Positions 61,135-64,000 of a stretch of DNA of 64,000 nucleotides are shown one piece after another. Every line of letters begins with the position of its first letter. The first letter of the stretch is position 1. The DNA comes from Macrostomum hystrix (Eukaryota > Animalia > Platyhelminthes): positions 12,462,001 through 12,526,000 of the forward strand of contig CATNEN010000007.1 in NCBI GenBank assembly GCA_950097015.1, given 5' to 3'. The notes under the pieces were generated by a model. It was not told the origin of the DNA. It searched no databases and saw only the letters and a program-made list of their open reading frames with translations. Made by a program: the position numbers and the translations under genes.

Positions 61135-61931
61135 GCATCCATCCATTGTTATCCAACTCACAGCATCCATCCATTGTTAGCCACTCACAGCATCCATCCA
61201 TTGTTATCCAACTCACAGCATCCATCCATTGTTATCCAACTCACAGCATCCATCCATTGTTAGCCAACTCACAGCATCCATCCATTGTTAGCCAACTCAC
61301 AGCATCCATCCATTGTTAGCCAACTCACAGCATCCATCCATTGTTATCCAACTCACAGCAACCATCCATTGTTAGCCAACTCACAGCATCCATCCATTGT
61401 TAGCCAACTCACAGCATCCATCCATTGTTAGCCACTCACAGCATCCATCCATTGTTATCCAACTCACAGCATCCATCCATTGTTATCCAACTCACAGCAT
61501 CCATCCATTGTTATCCAACTCACAGCATCCATCCATTGTTATCCAACTCACAGCATCCATCCATTGTTATCCAACTCACAGCATCCATCCATTGTTATCC
61601 AACTCACAGCATCCATCCATTGTTAGCCAACTCACAGCATCCATCCATTGTTAGCCACTCACAGCATCCATTGTTATCCAACTCACAGCATCCATTGTTA
61701 TCCAACTCACAGCATCCATTCATTGTTATCCAACTCACAGCATCCATCCATTGTTAGCCACTCACAGCATCCATCCATTGTTATCCAACTCAAAGCATCC
61801 ATTCATTGCTAGCCACTCACAGCATCCATTCATTGTTATCCAACTCAAAGCATCCATCCATTGTTAGCCAACTCACAGCATCCATCCATTGTTATCCAAC
61901 TCACAGCATCCATTCATTGTTATCCAACTCA
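61135..61931. repeat. 28-bp satellite, continued
   Basis: Same unit as 47395-56641. Confidence 0.97.
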
Positions 61932-64000
61932 ACTTGACTTACTTGACTTATCTGCAGGGCGGTCCGACGGACGCAGCGGGGAGGCGGGAGTCGCCCATTC
62001 CGCTAATCCCTGAAAGACCCGCAATCGACCGATGGCGCGGGGCCAGTCAGGGAGGTCCGTGTTCGGTCCTTCCTGCAGCTTGTTCCTCGCTGGGGAAGAA
62101 AGAGGCTCGTCTGGTAGCCCTTAGGAACCGGACGAGCCGCGGGATGTTCTCGGATCTGCAAACATCGTCCATTGATGGGTTTGGTCCGAGGTGATTGAGC
62201 CTCTCTCTGGTGAAGAAAGGGCAGTGGCAGACGAAGTGCAGGGCATCCTCGTCCTCAAGGTTGCAGAAAGGGCACAGCTCACTCCGGAGGTCTCCACGGA
62301 GGAAACAGTGTCTGGCGTAGCAGCCATGGCCCGTGAGGGTCATGGTGAGGGCCCGGATGTCCTTCCGGGTCTGGTTCAGAAGGACCTTCCGGAGCCGAGC
62401 GGATGGCACTGGAACTGCCGCTTTGGATTGGCGGCAGTTAGTGGTGCTTCTCCACCGGGTAAGATGGAGGTTGGCGGTCCAATCATTAATCTGACGATAA
62501 ATGACGGTGCTCGGAATCGGAGCCGGGGGGGAGGGGCCCGGCGCAGAGCTGGCTCCTCCCTGCTTGGCCAGGTGGTCAGCAAGCTCGTTACCAGGGAAAC
62601 CGGCGTGCCCTGGTATCCACTGAAGTCTGACGGTATTCTTACCGGCCAGGTTATTGAGCTGCCGGACGCAGTCGGAGACTGTCCGGGAGGTTGTGGTGGT
62701 GTGACAGAGGGCTTGCAGAGCAGCCTGACTGTCCGAGTGAAAGATGATAGTCCTGCCTGAGATGTTTTTCTCATTCAACTCCGCAGCGCAGGAGCTGATG
62801 GCCAGGACCTCGTTCTGGAAAACGCTCGAGGATTTTCCAGTGTGTTGGGCGTGTGTGGCGACAACACGTCCGTTGATAAGGATACAGACCCCGAAGCCAG
62901 CGGAGCCATCCTTCATGGATCCGTCCGTGTAGCAGTGGACCTCCTGGGTGTTCCAGTGGTCGCTAACTTGGTCCCTGGTGGGGATGAGAACCTTAAAGCG
63001 CTGAAGGAGGTTGAGCGAGCACGGTTCACCGTCCGTAAGGACATTGATTCCGTTGCTCGCACCCAAGTCTCTCAGGCAAAGGTCCGTGTGCGGCAGGAGC
63101 TTTCGCTTCGCTGCCGCTCGTTGGGGGACGAAGCGCACACCGGCATCAAGGAGACGCCGGGCGGTTTTTGCCGCCTCCCCGCGGATAAAGATATCGAGCG
63201 GGAGGATGTTCAAGAAGGCGTTGAGGCCATCGAAGGGGGCGGATGGCGGGGCGCTCATGATCGTCCGACATGCGCGACCTTGCACTCTCCGAAGAGTCTC
63301 ATGGCAGGTCTTAAGCTGAAGGGCGCTAGCCCAGATCAGTCCGGCGTACGAGACAGCCGGCCTGACCATAGCAGTGTAGATCCACCATAGGCGTTTGGGG
63401 GTGAGACCCCACGTGTTGCCCACCGCCCTGCGCAGCTGCGCCAGGATCGCAAAGGCCTTTTTGGCTTTGGCATGGACATGAGGAGTCCAGCTGAGCCTGT
63501 GATCGAGCGTTATGCCCAGGCATTTAGTTTGCTTCTGGAAGGTGATGTCCTTTCCATACAGCTGGAGGGGGCGAATATGCCATTTGTTTTTGCTGGTGAA
63601 CATGATCGCCGCTGTCTTAGACTCGGAGAGCTTCAGACCGCAGCGAGTTGCCCATCTTTCGGCGTTGTTGATAAAGTTTTGCAGAAGGTCTCGGAGGGCC
63701 TCTGGTACCGGGCCAGATGCCACTGCCGTAACATCATCCGCATAGCCGACCTTTAGGATGGGGTCTGGCTGAGAGTCTCGTAAGAGCTCGTCGATAACCA
63801 TGTTCCAGAGAACTGGTGAGAGGACGCCGCCTTGTGGGCAACCTTTGCAGACAGTGACCGTCCGCTGGTGTCCAAGAAGGTGTGCCGTAGCAGTGCGGTG
63901 GCGGACCATGTACATGATCCACCTCCTAAGATGCGAATGCGTGTGCCGCATACGTAGGGCCCTGTCAAACGCCTCGAAGAGAACGTTGTCGAAGGCCCCG
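61932..64000 (-). mobile_element. LINE-C: 3' part (RT C-terminus, RNase H, 3' UTR, tail); continues beyond the window
   Basis: ORF 62047-63951 with PQGGVLSP, YADD and YTDGS. The 3' UTR resembles that of LINE-A; TAAGTCAAG tail. Confidence 0.93.

Overview
Eukaryotic (animal) genomic DNA, about two-thirds repeats. GC-rich exons, short GT-AG introns and many minisatellites resemble a free-living flatworm such as Macrostomum, but the species is my guess. Host genes, built by hand from splice signals: a TMX1-like thioredoxin transmembrane gene, a FAM166/CIMIP2-like ciliary gene, a secreted PAN/Apple plus lectin-fold gene, two uncharacterised genes, and two tandem 7-exon copies of a divergent Rel-homology-domain (NF-kB/NFAT superfamily) factor that the ORF track shows only as fragments. 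Mobile elements: one complete young Ty3/Gypsy (Mag-like) element, the 3' end of a relative, a decayed Gypsy RT, three LOA/R1-like LINEs (all adjoining or inside minisatellites), tRNA-derived SINEs and two MITEs. Best leads: (1) the duplicated Rel/NFAT-intermediate gene; (2) a structured 97-nt RNA module with compensatory changes, tandemly repeated in the 5' UTRs of two divergent LINEs; (3) an array of 11 in-phase splice donors that could vary the number of FAM166 motifs. All gene models are manual and unconfirmed by transcript data.
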